This document shows positions 30,697 through 39,710 of a stretch of 64,000 nucleotides of DNA, one piece after another (the first letter of the stretch is position 1; each line of letters begins with the position of its first letter). A program made the translations under genes and the position numbers. The notes beneath the pieces were generated by a model. That model saw nothing but the letters and a program-made list of their open reading frames with translations. It made no database searches and had not been told where the DNA came from. Source of the stretch: an uncultured delta proteobacterium (GTDB lineage: Bacteria; Desulfobacterota; Binatia; UBA9968); assembly GCA_963745035.1 (NCBI GenBank), contig CAVUVW010000020.1:64001-128000 (forward strand), in the 5' to 3' direction.

Positions 30697-31479
30697 GTGA
30701 TTGAGCGCACGATTCGCATCGCGGCGGTAGGCGATCTTCACTACCGGGCCGGCAGCGAGGGAAAATTCAAATCGGCCTTCGCCGAGATCTCCGATCTCGC
30801 CGACATTCTTCTCCTGTGCGGCGACATCATCGATTACGGCCTGCCTGAAGAAGCGCGCATGCTGATGAAAGACATCAGCGAAACCGCCAAACGCATCACC
30901 ATCATCGGCGTGCTCGGCAACCACGAATTCGAATCCGGCAAAGTCGACGAGGTGGTGCAGATCTTCAAGGGCGGCGGCATCACGATTCTCGACGGCGAGG
31001 CCTGTGAAGTGCAAGGCGTCGGCTTCGCCGGAGTCAAAGGTTTTCTCGGTGGATTTGGCGGCCGCGTGCTCGCGCCCTGGGGCGAGCCGAGCATCAAGCA
31101 CTTCGTCCACGAGGCGGTCGAGGAGGCGCTCAAGCTCGAATCGGCCTTGGCGCGGCTGCGCACCCCGTCGCGCATCGCGCTGCTGCACTATGCGCCGATT
31201 CGCGCCACGGTCGAGGGCGAGCCGCCGGAAATTTTTCCGTTCCTTGGCTGCAGCCGCTTGGAAGAACCTTTGAACCGCTACCCGGTCGCGGCGGCGTTCC
31301 ATGGTCACGCGCATAACGGCGCGCCCGAAGGCAGGACCAGCGGCGGCATCCCGGTCTACAACGTCGCCATGAAGCTGTTGGAGAAAACTTTTCCCGGCCG
31401 CATGCCCTGCCGGATCATCGAAGTGCGGGCCGGCGCCGAGCAGCGCGGCGACGCCGCTCACGCGCCGCCGCCGGTATAA
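30697..31479 (+). CDS. Calcineurin-like metallophosphoesterase (Icc-like)
   Basis: GDLH, CGD, GNHE, LLHY, FHGHAH; start set at GTG 30697 downstream of promoter. Confidence 0.9.
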   Translation: MIERTIRIAAVGDLHYRAGSEGKFKSAFAEISDLADILLLCGDIIDYGLPEEARMLMKDISETAKRITIIGVLGNHEFESGKVDEVVQIFKGGGITILDGEACEVQGVGFAGVKGFLGGFGGRVLAPWGEPSIKHFVHEAVEEALKLESALARLRTPSRIALLHYAPIRATVEGEPPEIFPFLGCSRLEEPLNRYPVAAAFHGHAHNGAPEGRTSGGIPVYNVAMKLLEKTFPGRMPCRIIEVRAGAEQRGDAAHAPPPV

Positions 31480-31483
31480 TCCC

Positions 31484-32275
31484 ATGATCGATGGACACAA
31501 CCGGATTCATGATTTCTATCGAGACGTCCTCGATATTTTGCACGAGGGCAAAATTCCCATCCTGATCGGCGGCGCCTTCGCACAGGAGTACTTCACCGGC
31601 ATCACGCGCGACACCAAGGATCTCGATGTCTTCTTGCGCGAAGTCGACCTTGGCCGCGCCCTCGACGCTCTCGGCGCCGCCGGCTACCGCACCGAGATCA
31701 AGTTTTCCCATTGGCTTGGCAAGGTCCACGACAACCAGAGCGAGCAATTCGTCGACATTATTTTCAACTCCGGCAACGGGCTCTGCAAAGTGGACGACAT
31801 CTGGTTCGACAATGCTCCCTGCGGCACGGCGTTCGGCCGGCCGGTGAAATTTTGCCCGGTAGAGGAGACCATCTGGCAAAAGGCGTTTATCATGGAGCGC
31901 GAGCGCTACGACGGCGCCGATATCGCCCATCTGCTGCGCGCGCAGAGCGAGAAATTGGATTGGCATCGCCTGCTCCAGCGTTTCGACCGGCACTGGCGCG
32001 TGCTGCTGAGCTACATCACGCTGTATGGCTACATCTATCCGACCGAGCGCAGCAGAATCCCGCGCTGGGTGGAGCGCGAGCTTTTGCGATTGAGCGCCAG
32101 CGAGATCGGCCGCGACGAGCAGGGACCGCCGGTGTGCGCCGGGACCATTCTCTCGCGCGCTCAGTTCCAGATCGACGTCGATCTCTGGGGTTACCGCGAC
32201 ATCCGCACGCCCGAGCTCATGACCTCTCAGGAAGTCCGCCGCTGGACCGACGCGGCGGAGGAAGAGCGAAAATAA
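31484..32275 (+). CDS. Nucleotidyltransferase-family protein (pol-beta-like)
   Basis: LIGGAFA...TG..RDTKDLDVF, VDIIF, ERERYDGAD. Confidence 0.85.
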   Translation: MIDGHNRIHDFYRDVLDILHEGKIPILIGGAFAQEYFTGITRDTKDLDVFLREVDLGRALDALGAAGYRTEIKFSHWLGKVHDNQSEQFVDIIFNSGNGLCKVDDIWFDNAPCGTAFGRPVKFCPVEETIWQKAFIMERERYDGADIAHLLRAQSEKLDWHRLLQRFDRHWRVLLSYITLYGYIYPTERSRIPRWVERELLRLSASEIGRDEQGPPVCAGTILSRAQFQIDVDLWGYRDIRTPELMTSQEVRRWTDAAEEERK

Positions 32276-32285
32276 CGGCAGCAAA

Positions 32286-32371
32286 TGTAGGCGCGGGTTT
32301 GAAACCCGCCCCTACGGGATACGCGAATATTACTAGATGATTCGACGGGCGACCCGCCGGTCGCCCCTACA
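32286..32371. repeat. GTAG-type REP pair between convergent genes
   Basis: GTAGGCGCGGGTTTGAAACCCGCCCCTAC and GGGCGACCCGCCGGTCGCCCCTACA. Confidence 0.7.
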
Positions 32372-32415
32372 ATTTTGCGTCTCTGCGGAACTTCTCCCGC
32401 GTGCTGCGCAGGACG

Positions 32416-34050
32416 CTACTTTTTTCCGCGGCGCTCGTCTACGTTTTGTTCCAAGCCCGGCAGTATCGCTTGAAAAAACGCGTTTTGAATCAGCCCGACG
32501 GCGACTTCCAAGTTGCTGGTGTCAGGATTGGACAAGCGGCCCGATATCCGGGTCGTGGTAGCGACCTCCTCGCGCGGGCGATTTTCCAGGAGCCATGACA
32601 ATCCGCCGAGAATTCCCTCGTACATCTGGCGCAGAATGCCTTTCTTGCGGTCCTGCTTGCGATCGTAGACGTCGACTTCGCGGAACAGCGGCTTGACGTA
32701 GCCGTCCACCACGCCTTCGCGCACGGCGATTTCGCTGAACAAAGAAAAATGCCCCGCCTTGACATCGAAATTGCCGGTGGCGAGAAACAGCTTGTTCATG
32801 GTTTTCATGTCGGTGTCTTCGATGGCCACGTCCAAGTCCAAATTGGCGCTCTTGCCGTGCGGCCGAAAGTGCGCCGTCGCGCGCACCTTGCCCGATCCCA
32901 TAAACAAGCCGCTCGCCCGCGCCGATGCCACGCCATCTTTGCCCTGATTGCTGAGATTGTCGATTTCCAGGCGCATATCCTTGACGAACAAGTGATACGT
33001 CGGATTGCTCGCCTTGTTGATCAACCCCATCTCCGCGCCGGAGATGCGCACGCGATCCAGGCGCACTTCGAGCCCTGGGTCATTGCTCTGTTTCTCGATC
33101 GCGCGCCCGGTCTTTTTCGACAGCTCCTCGGTCGGTCCGGTCTTGTCCTTGACGTGCAGGTAGTCCGCCGCCAGCCCGTCGATGCGCAGGTCAGGCACGT
33201 CGAGAATTTTTTTCTTCGCCGCGTATTCCAAAGTGCCCGCCGTGCTGACCACGCCGCCGCGCACCGCGAACTGGTAGCGTTCGATCAGTGGACGGAAATA
33301 GCTTAGGTCGATGCGGTCTAAATTCACCTTGGCACGGAACGCCACGTGAGGCTCGGCGAGAAAATCGGCATGGCCGTTGAGCTCCACCCGCCCCTTTTCG
33401 AAAACCGCGCCGCTCAAGTACACCTCGGACGGATACTCGCCCTCGCTAGATTGGATGTTGCGAATGTTCTGCGCGAGAAACTCGAGATTTCTGATCTCCA
33501 GCGGCCGGTACGGGCCACGGTCCGTGTAAGTAAGCCGGCCGTTGGTGATAGCGAATTCGTTGATCTCCAGAGGATAGATCGCCTGCAGCGCGGCCTGCCA
33601 GCCGCGCTCGTGCAGCTTGGTCGGGTCGCGCCGTTCGCTCTCCGAATGGGTGAGATTGATCGATAGCACCGGGTCGTCGATGGCCAAATAGGCGACCACG
33701 CGCCCGAACAGCAGCGCCTTCCAATTCACGCTCGCGGTAAGATTCGGAATCTGCGCCACCGCCGGCTCGGGATTTTCGTTTTGGCGGATTTCCACGTCTT
33801 CGAGATCGAGGGAAAAGCCGATGGGATGGAAATCGAGCTTGCCGATCCGTACGGTGTAGCCCTTCAGCGCGGCGTTGATGCGCGCTTCGGTCTGGCGGCG
33901 CAGCGGCTCGTCGATGAAATAGGCCAGGGCGATGGCGAGGAGCACGAGAATGCCGAGCGCCAAGGCGACGCGAAATGATAATGTACCGCGTGAAAAGGAC
34001 GGGAGGCGCTGTGCTAATGCCGGCCAGGAATGCCGCCGGATGATGTCCAT
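32416..34050 (-). CDS. DUF748 (AsmA-like) domain protein
   Basis: N-terminal TM, beta-rich body, GYVKPLF, LLENRPREEVAT...SG, QNAFFQAILPG. Confidence 0.85.
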   Translation of the reverse strand: MDIIRRHSWPALAQRLPSFSRGTLSFRVALALGILVLLAIALAYFIDEPLRRQTEARINAALKGYTVRIGKLDFHPIGFSLDLEDVEIRQNENPEPAVAQIPNLTASVNWKALLFGRVVAYLAIDDPVLSINLTHSESERRDPTKLHERGWQAALQAIYPLEINEFAITNGRLTYTDRGPYRPLEIRNLEFLAQNIRNIQSSEGEYPSEVYLSGAVFEKGRVELNGHADFLAEPHVAFRAKVNLDRIDLSYFRPLIERYQFAVRGGVVSTAGTLEYAAKKKILDVPDLRIDGLAADYLHVKDKTGPTEELSKKTGRAIEKQSNDPGLEVRLDRVRISGAEMGLINKASNPTYHLFVKDMRLEIDNLSNQGKDGVASARASGLFMGSGKVRATAHFRPHGKSANLDLDVAIEDTDMKTMNKLFLATGNFDVKAGHFSLFSEIAVREGVVDGYVKPLFREVDVYDRKQDRKKGILRQMYEGILGGLSWLLENRPREEVATTTRISGRLSNPDTSNLEVAVGLIQNAFFQAILPGLEQNVDERRGKK

Positions 34051-34089
34051 GGCGAGTGTGCGACGTGGGCGGCCGCGCGGGCGCCGACG

Positions 34090-34266
34090 CTAAGAAGGTT
34101 TCCCCTCGACGGGCGTGGCGCCGGGCCGACCGCCGCAGGCGCGCGCATGCCGGTTAGACTCTTCACGCGACGTGAACCAGCGCGCGCCGTCGGCGCAGCA
34201 CCAACGCCGCGTCTCGCCGCTTTCCTGCGTTTCCAAAGTGCGCACCGCCTCGCGCATCGAGCTCAT
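34090..34266 (-). CDS. 58-aa protein with degenerate C2HC zinc-finger spacing (below track cutoff)
   Basis: GAGGT RBS; MSSMREAVRTLETQESGETRRWCCADGARWFTSREESNRHARACGGRPGATPVEGKPS; fills the gap between two co-oriented genes. Confidence 0.45.
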   Translation of the reverse strand: MSSMREAVRTLETQESGETRRWCCADGARWFTSREESNRHARACGGRPGATPVEGKPS

Positions 34267-34313
34267 CTGCCCACCTCATCGTCGAAAATTCTGGAGAATC
34301 AGTCGCGCCGCGA

Positions 34314-35084
34314 TCAACCTTTAGGCGGGCCGTCTGCCGGCGCGCGCTGAAAGGAATGGAGATAGCGCCGTCCCCTTTCATAGCCGCGGCGAAAAGCCTC
34401 ATCGCCGCAAAGATCCGGATAGCGCCGGCGCAAATCCTGCTCCGCCACCGCAAAGGATCGACCGCGACACTCGCCCACCGCCGCTTCAAAGCCCGCCCGA
34501 TAGATCTTTTCCTGCGCCGCGAAACCGTCGCCGTAATCGGCCGCTTCTCCCTCGCGCATGCCGATCCACCATTTGTCGCGCGCCGCGTCGACGCTCTCGG
34601 CGCCGTTCTGCTCCATAATCGAGCGCGCAGTCTCGGCGGTGTCGCGCGACTCGGCTTGTGCCACCACCAAGGTGCGGCACTGGCGCAACGCGTCTTCATA
34701 AAAGAATATTTCGTCTTTGGGCAGGCCGGTGGAGAGCGCCCGCTCCGCGGCGCTGCCACCGGCGGCGCCCAGCAGCGCGCCGCCTAAGCCGCTGCCCGCG
34801 CTCAAGCTCAATGTCAGAATCGGTCCGACTCCCGGCAAAATCAGATTCGACAGCACCGCGCCGGCGGCGAGACCGACGGCGCCGCCGACGACGCCGCCGA
34901 GCGTCGAGCCCATGCCCGGCTGCTCGCCTTCGTCGGTGGGAACGGCCGCTATTTTTTCCGCCGCACCGTCGTCCGGCGCCAGCAGCAGCAAGTGATCGCG
35001 ATCAAATTTCGCGCTCTGCGCCAAGCCGGAGAAAGCCCGCTCGCCGTCGGCGCGCGAATCGAATATGCCGGTAACTGTTTCCAT
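34314..35084 (-). CDS. General-stress-protein-like membrane protein with Gly-zipper
   Basis: VTGIFDSR..ERA, GGVVGGAVG, IPGVGP-like motif, GLPKDEIFFYEDALRQ. Confidence 0.8.
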   Translation of the reverse strand: METVTGIFDSRADGERAFSGLAQSAKFDRDHLLLLAPDDGAAEKIAAVPTDEGEQPGMGSTLGGVVGGAVGLAAGAVLSNLILPGVGPILTLSLSAGSGLGGALLGAAGGSAAERALSTGLPKDEIFFYEDALRQCRTLVVAQAESRDTAETARSIMEQNGAESVDAARDKWWIGMREGEAADYGDGFAAQEKIYRAGFEAAVGECRGRSFAVAEQDLRRRYPDLCGDEAFRRGYERGRRYLHSFQRAPADGPPKG

Positions 35085-35097
35085 GCGACGCGGAAAG

Positions 35098-35113
35098 CGC
35101 AAATAGAATGCCA
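35098..35113 (-). promoter_or_regulatory. sigma54 promoter (near-leaderless) for 35084 operon
   Basis: TGGCATTCTATTTGCG. Confidence 0.75.
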
Positions 35114-35364
35114 CTCTTTGCGAAGCATCTCAGGGGTGCGATCAGCGCCTTTTCTCTCAAGCGCGGGACGATCGAGCTCGGTTCTGTCCTAGCGCACGGA
35201 CATGCCTGATCGAAGATGGCGAGTTCGTCCCGCCCGCGCTCAATGGCCGAGCGCAGGATATTCTCTTCCTTGTCATTCTTTTCCTTGAGCCGCATTCCCC
35301 CGCTACCGTAGCAGACCCGCGACATCCCAGTGCCAAACTGCTGAATCAACAAAGAATCGAACGA

Positions 35365-35380
35365 TGGCATTTGTTTTGCC
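35365..35380 (+). promoter_or_regulatory. sigma54 promoter for 35433 ORF
   Basis: TGGCATTTGTTTTGCC. Confidence 0.75.
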
Positions 35381-35432
35381 TTTTAAAATCTCTTGTTAAG
35401 CGCTTAAAACACTACATCAATAAGGAGCGAAC

Positions 35433-35657
35433 ATGTTGCATCGGATCGAGGGACAGCGCTGTCAGGCAAAGCGCAACATACGCGGCCACCAAGGGCTGGT
35501 CAGCGCCGAGTGCCGCGGCACCATCGAAGGCGCGGTCGAAAATCTCGGACGCCATTTGATCGCCGTGCGCTGGGACAATGGTCTTTGCATGTACGTGTTT
35601 CCGGACGAAATCGATATTGACGACAACGTCGAGCGTGCGCAGCGCGGCTGCTGGTAG
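35433..35657 (+). CDS. Small beta-rich (SH3-like) hypothetical protein
   Basis: TAAGGAG RBS, own promoter; G..C.A....G.I.....LI.V.WD.G...VFPDEI pattern. Confidence 0.7.
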   Translation: MLHRIEGQRCQAKRNIRGHQGLVSAECRGTIEGAVENLGRHLIAVRWDNGLCMYVFPDEIDIDDNVERAQRGCW

Positions 35658-35696
35658 GGCGCCCAACGCGCATAAAAGTGACGAAGAGAGAATAGA

Positions 35697-37352
35697 CTAG
35701 ATCGCGTCGACGAAATTCGCGCCCGCCGCATCCGGTGCCGGGGTGAGCCCGAAAGTGACGTGAAAGGTAGTTCCTTGGCCCGGCGTACTGGAATAGCTGA
35801 TGGCGCCGTCGTGGGCGAGCACGATCTGCTGCACCAAGAACAGCCCGAGGCCGATGCCGTCGGGTTTGGTCGAGCTGAACAGGTCGAAGACCTTGAGATT
35901 TTTCGGAATGCCGACGCCGGTGTCAATAATATCGACGCACAGAGCCTGCTCGCGCTGATAAGCCTTGATGTCGAGCTTGCCGCCGTGCGGCATGGCGTCG
36001 AGCGCGTTGTCGAGCACTTGCAGCAGGGCCTGTTTGAGCTTGTCATCGTCGGCGTTGAGCAATGGTAGCTCCGGCGGGCAATCGAAAGAAACATCGACGT
36101 TCTGACGCAGGCTGCGCTTCTCGATCTGGCCGACGAGCGGCGGGATCAAGCGTTTGAGATCCACCGGGCCGAGCGCGAGCTTCTGCGGCCAGGCGATGTT
36201 CTTGAATCCGCTGAGCAGCGCCGTGAGGCGCTTCACTTCGCTCTTGAGATCTTGCAACGAAGACAGCATCGACTCGGCGCTCGGGGGCGTCGGCCTGCCG
36301 AGACAGTGCTCGAGAAGCTGCACGGTGGCGGATATCCCGTTTAGCGGGTTGCCGATCTCGTGAGCGAGAATAGAGGCCGCCGTGCCAATGGCCGCCATCT
36401 GCTCTTTTTCCCGCAAAATCTGCCGCAGGCTGGGCTCCCGCGAGTCGTCGCGCAGGAGAAAAAGAAATCCCTGCACCTCGGCGTCGTTCCACAGGGCGAA
36501 CGCGGCGACGCGCGCGTAGAGGCGCCGGCCGTCCTTGCGCGCCATCCATTGATAGTGGCGCGACGTGCCCCGCTCTCTCGCTTCCTCGAAGGTATGCCGC
36601 AAGGCCTGCTCCGCGCCGGCGTCGCAAATAAGCGAGATATGCTTGCCGAAAACTTCCACGCCCTCATAGCCGAAGAGCCCGCTCGCTTCCTGATTCCACT
36701 CGCGAATGTTGCCGTCGGTGTCGGTGGTGAAAACCGCGTAGTTGGCGAGGTTGCGCAACAACTGGCCGATGCTTTGTTCGCCGGCCTTGTCGCTCGGCCG
36801 CGCCCCCTGGGGCGGCGCCGCCGCGTTGCCGGCGGTCTCGCCCGTTGGTTTGCGCGGGTGCACGGCCACTATGGCGCGCTTGCCGTTGTCCGACGGCAAC
36901 AGCGAAACCGTTGCCTCGGCGTGGAATACCGTCCCATCGGCGCGCCGGAAGCGGCGCGCGCCGCGCCGCGCCACGTTGCCCGCATGATCGGCTTCTTCGC
37001 CGCGCCGCAAGTCCGTTTGCTCGGCATAGAGCCGCGCCGAGTCCTGTCCTGCCGCCTCGGCGCGCTCATAGCCAAACAGCTCCGCCGCCGCCGGACTCCA
37101 GTAAACGATGCGATGAGAATCGAGATCTTCGATATAGACGGCGTCGTCAATGGCGGCAAAAAGCGCGGTGAGTTGGGCTTCGTCGAGCGAACAAACGGTC
37201 CTCCTGGGGCGTGGGCTCGGGGCGCGATGTTTAGTGATCAAAATGGCTTGTCTGAAAATTCGCGGCGTCGGATCCGTTGCCCGTTCACAGTCCCACGAAC
37301 GAGACCACTTTGATCGATAGCTATTTTTTATCAGAAGAGCGACGGCGATCAA
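35697..37352 (-). CDS. Cytoplasmic PAS-PAS histidine kinase (NtrB-like); exact start uncertain
   Basis: Two PAS domains, LAHEIGNPL H-box, NALDAM, DTGVGI, FSSTK..GIGLGL. Confidence 0.9.
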   Translation of the reverse strand: MIAVALLIKNSYRSKWSRSWDCERATDPTPRIFRQAILITKHRAPSPRPRRTVCSLDEAQLTALFAAIDDAVYIEDLDSHRIVYWSPAAAELFGYERAEAAGQDSARLYAEQTDLRRGEEADHAGNVARRGARRFRRADGTVFHAEATVSLLPSDNGKRAIVAVHPRKPTGETAGNAAAPPQGARPSDKAGEQSIGQLLRNLANYAVFTTDTDGNIREWNQEASGLFGYEGVEVFGKHISLICDAGAEQALRHTFEEARERGTSRHYQWMARKDGRRLYARVAAFALWNDAEVQGFLFLLRDDSREPSLRQILREKEQMAAIGTAASILAHEIGNPLNGISATVQLLEHCLGRPTPPSAESMLSSLQDLKSEVKRLTALLSGFKNIAWPQKLALGPVDLKRLIPPLVGQIEKRSLRQNVDVSFDCPPELPLLNADDDKLKQALLQVLDNALDAMPHGGKLDIKAYQREQALCVDIIDTGVGIPKNLKVFDLFSSTKPDGIGLGLFLVQQIVLAHDGAISYSSTPGQGTTFHVTFGLTPAPDAAGANFVDAI

Positions 37353-37459
37353 GGACTAACGCATGCCGCGGAACAGCGCAGCTCCCGAAATCAGGCAATG
37401 CCTCGCGCCCTGGTTCCGAATCCCGGCATTCAACCGCCGAGCGAAACGGTGAAAATGAT

Positions 37460-37475
37460 TGGCACGTGAGTTGCG
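37460..37475 (+). promoter_or_regulatory. Orphan sigma54 promoter facing non-coding/repeat DNA
   Basis: TGGCACGTGAGTTGCG. Confidence 0.6.
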
Positions 37476-37591
37476 CGTCGAAGATTAAAAGCAAGACACG
37501 GGCACCGACACCAGGATGATGGAACCAGCCTGAACCACGCGCGCAAAAATTTTCTCCCACAGGTAATATGATCACGCTGGACGCCCATACA

Positions 37592-37782
37592 TTTCATGCT
37601 AAGCGCCCAGTGAAGCATCTGTTTTGTGATGGAGAAAAGCAGATTCTTCGGCTCCGCCTCAGAATGACATTTCGGTGGTCCAGTGCAGTTCATGCAGCTA
37701 TTTTCGAATGAGTGACGAAGAGCACGAAGGTTAAGAGGTAAAAGATCTAAATCCTTCGTGTCCTTCGCGCCTTCGCGGTGAG
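37592..37782. repeat. REP-like repeats; inverted copy of the 4799-4896 element
   Basis: Reverse complement TGTCATTCTGAGGCGGAGCCGAAGAATCTGCTTT..AAAACAGATGCTTC; then ACGAAGAGCACGAAGG / CCTTCGTGTCCTTCG. Confidence 0.7.
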
Positions 37783-37828
37783 TCCCGCGAATTCCCACTG
37801 TCTCTAGTTTTTAATACCGAGACGACGG

Positions 37829-38419
37829 CTACCGAAACGCCAACAGCTCCACCCGGTCCTCGCCGAGCCGTTCTCCCTCGACGCGAACGGTCTCGCCGAC
37901 GCGGATGCGCTGGAAGCGATTGCGGGTTTCCGCGCTCGATCCCTCGGGTACGTAGACCGTGATCAGAGCCCCGCCCGCGGCGCGCAGCTCGAGGAACCCG
38001 CGCTCGGGCACGATCCGCTCGACAGTGCCTTCGACGGTGCGGATCGCGTCCGCGCGGCCGGCGCCTTCGAGGCTGATCTCGTCGGCGAACAGCCGCCCTC
38101 CCGTCCCCTCGCGGATCTCGACGCGGACCTGATCGCCGGTCCGAAGATCGTTCACGCCGACTCCCCGACCGTTGATGACCCGCGTGCCTGTGGTGTAGTT
38201 CACCACGTAGTGTTGGTTATTGGCGGTGCGCAGATAAATCTCTCGAAGCTTGTGGTCGATTCCGTTCACCGTCGCGGTAACGCTCCTGGCCTCGTTCGGC
38301 CCCTCGATGGAGGGACGGGGCATGAGCGCGATATTTTCACAAGCCGCCAGCGCTCCGCCGAGCAGCAGCGCCGCTCCCGCCCGCTTGAATGTCCCCGCGC
38401 TGATGATGGTTGGCTTCAT
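37829..38419 (-). CDS. Lipoprotein with two OB-fold-like (DUF5666-like) repeats
   Basis: Lipobox LAAC; repeats ending DLRTGDQVRVE and RIRVGETVRVEG; ATGA overlap with upstream gene. Confidence 0.7.
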   Translation of the reverse strand: MKPTIISAGTFKRAGAALLLGGALAACENIALMPRPSIEGPNEARSVTATVNGIDHKLREIYLRTANNQHYVVNYTTGTRVINGRGVGVNDLRTGDQVRVEIREGTGGRLFADEISLEGAGRADAIRTVEGTVERIVPERGFLELRAAGGALITVYVPEGSSAETRNRFQRIRVGETVRVEGERLGEDRVELLAFR

Positions 38420-39084
38420 GCGAGCTTTCGCAGCTCCTGGATGCGGTCGTCGGTGTCCGGATGGGTCGATAAAAATCCACCGCCACCGCCGCCGCCGGAG
38501 GCCCGGCTCACCCAAGTGAGCGCGTCGATCAGAACCTCTTTGCGATAGCCGGCGCGCTGGAGAATCGTCACGCCGTGGCGATCGGCAGCATACTCTTCCG
38601 TGCGGCTGTAGCCGCGCGCGATTAAACTGCCGGCGAGCGGCGTCACCGCGCTGCTGCCCGGCAGGAGCTGTTCCAGCAGCACGATGCCGAGCCCCAAACC
38701 GGCGCCGAGCGTCTGCAGCTTGGCGACGTGGCCGAGATCATCGTGCGCGACCTCGTGTGCCAGGATGCCGCGCAGTTGGTCCTCGCTCGCCTTTTGCAGC
38801 AGGCCGGTGGTCACATAAAAATGGCCGCCGCCGGCGTTGGCGGCGTTGATCGAGGGATCGTCGATGATGCCGATATATACCTCGCGCGGATCCTTCGGCT
38901 GGTTCATCGCGCGCAGCAACGGCGTCATCACCCGATAGATGCGCTGCGCCTGCTGCGGCGAGACTTGACGAATGTCCGGCGCCTGCGGCTCAGGCGGTCC
39001 GCTCGCGACCGTGCAACCGCCGACATAAACCGCAAGTGCGATTACCGCGGCGGCGAGCGCCGCCGTACCCCGTTTCGTCATCAT
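38416..39084 (-). CDS. M48-family Zn metallopeptidase lipoprotein
   Basis: Lipobox VGGC, INAANAGGG, LAHEVAH, YSRTEEYAAD, FLSTHP...DRI. Confidence 0.9.
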   Translation of the reverse strand: MMTKRGTAALAAAVIALAVYVGGCTVASGPPEPQAPDIRQVSPQQAQRIYRVMTPLLRAMNQPKDPREVYIGIIDDPSINAANAGGGHFYVTTGLLQKASEDQLRGILAHEVAHDDLGHVAKLQTLGAGLGLGIVLLEQLLPGSSAVTPLAGSLIARGYSRTEEYAADRHGVTILQRAGYRKEVLIDALTWVSRASGGGGGGGFLSTHPDTDDRIQELRKLA

Positions 39085-39114
39085 GGGCTCCTCGCGCCGA
39101 CAGCGACGCGTTCG

Positions 39115-39339
39115 TTAATAGATGATCGAACCCGACTCGATCTGACGCTTTCTGTTCTCGTACTCTTCGCGCGAGATGCGCCGGCTCTTGAAATCGTCTT
39201 CGAGACTGTCCATCTGGCGTTTGGCTTGGATTTCATATCCGGCGCCGGTAGCCAGCGCTCCGGTGGCCGCGCCGCCGACAAATTGACAGCCTGCTTGGGT
39301 CAACGCTATGAGCATCACCAGCAAAACAAATTTTTTCAT
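39115..39339 (-). CDS. Small lipoprotein with SHOCT-like C-terminus
   Basis: MKK signal, AGC lipobox, ISREEYENRKRQI; AAGGAG RBS. Confidence 0.8.
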   Translation of the reverse strand: MKKFVLLVMLIALTQAGCQFVGGAATGALATGAGYEIQAKRQMDSLEDDFKSRRISREEYENRKRQIESGSIIY

Positions 39340-39407
39340 GCGAACTCCTTCTTGCTTGCCTTCACGTCACGACGCGAATCTGCATCGCGGTGCTAATTCT
39401 TCGAAGC

Positions 39408-39423
39408 AGCAACCGATGTGCCA
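39408..39423 (-). promoter_or_regulatory. sigma54 promoter for three-lipoprotein operon
   Basis: TGGCACATCGGTTGCT. Confidence 0.8.
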
Positions 39424-39607
39424 CCGCCGGCAGTGTCGTAAGCGCGCGAGATTGTTAATGCTCCCGGACAAAGCGACAGCAAAGCTCTGGAGGCGAAAAG
39501 CAGACTTGTCTTAAAAATAGCGTCCGTAGCGCAAGACCCGGGAGCGGATGTTCGCGCACGCTAAATAAACGACAGACGCAAAATTTAGGGATTGAATTTT
39601 TGGAGTT

Positions 39608-39635
39608 TAGGGGGCGACCGTTCGGTCGCCCCCTA
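39608..39635. repeat. Perfect REP-like hairpin / terminator
   Basis: TAGGGGGCGACCG-TT-CGGTCGCCCCCTA; resembles 32347-32371. Confidence 0.6.
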
Positions 39636-39710
39636 CGTGCGGGCGCAAAAATCGTGGAAGGGGGTTAGACGCACGATCTTTGCTGAGGGCTGTCGCTTCC
39701 CGCATGTCAA

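Noticed and set aside
35002-35370. 122-aa minus-strand ORF
   Set aside because: Overlaps two sigma54 promoters and the downstream gene start; no recognisable family (may be a remnant)
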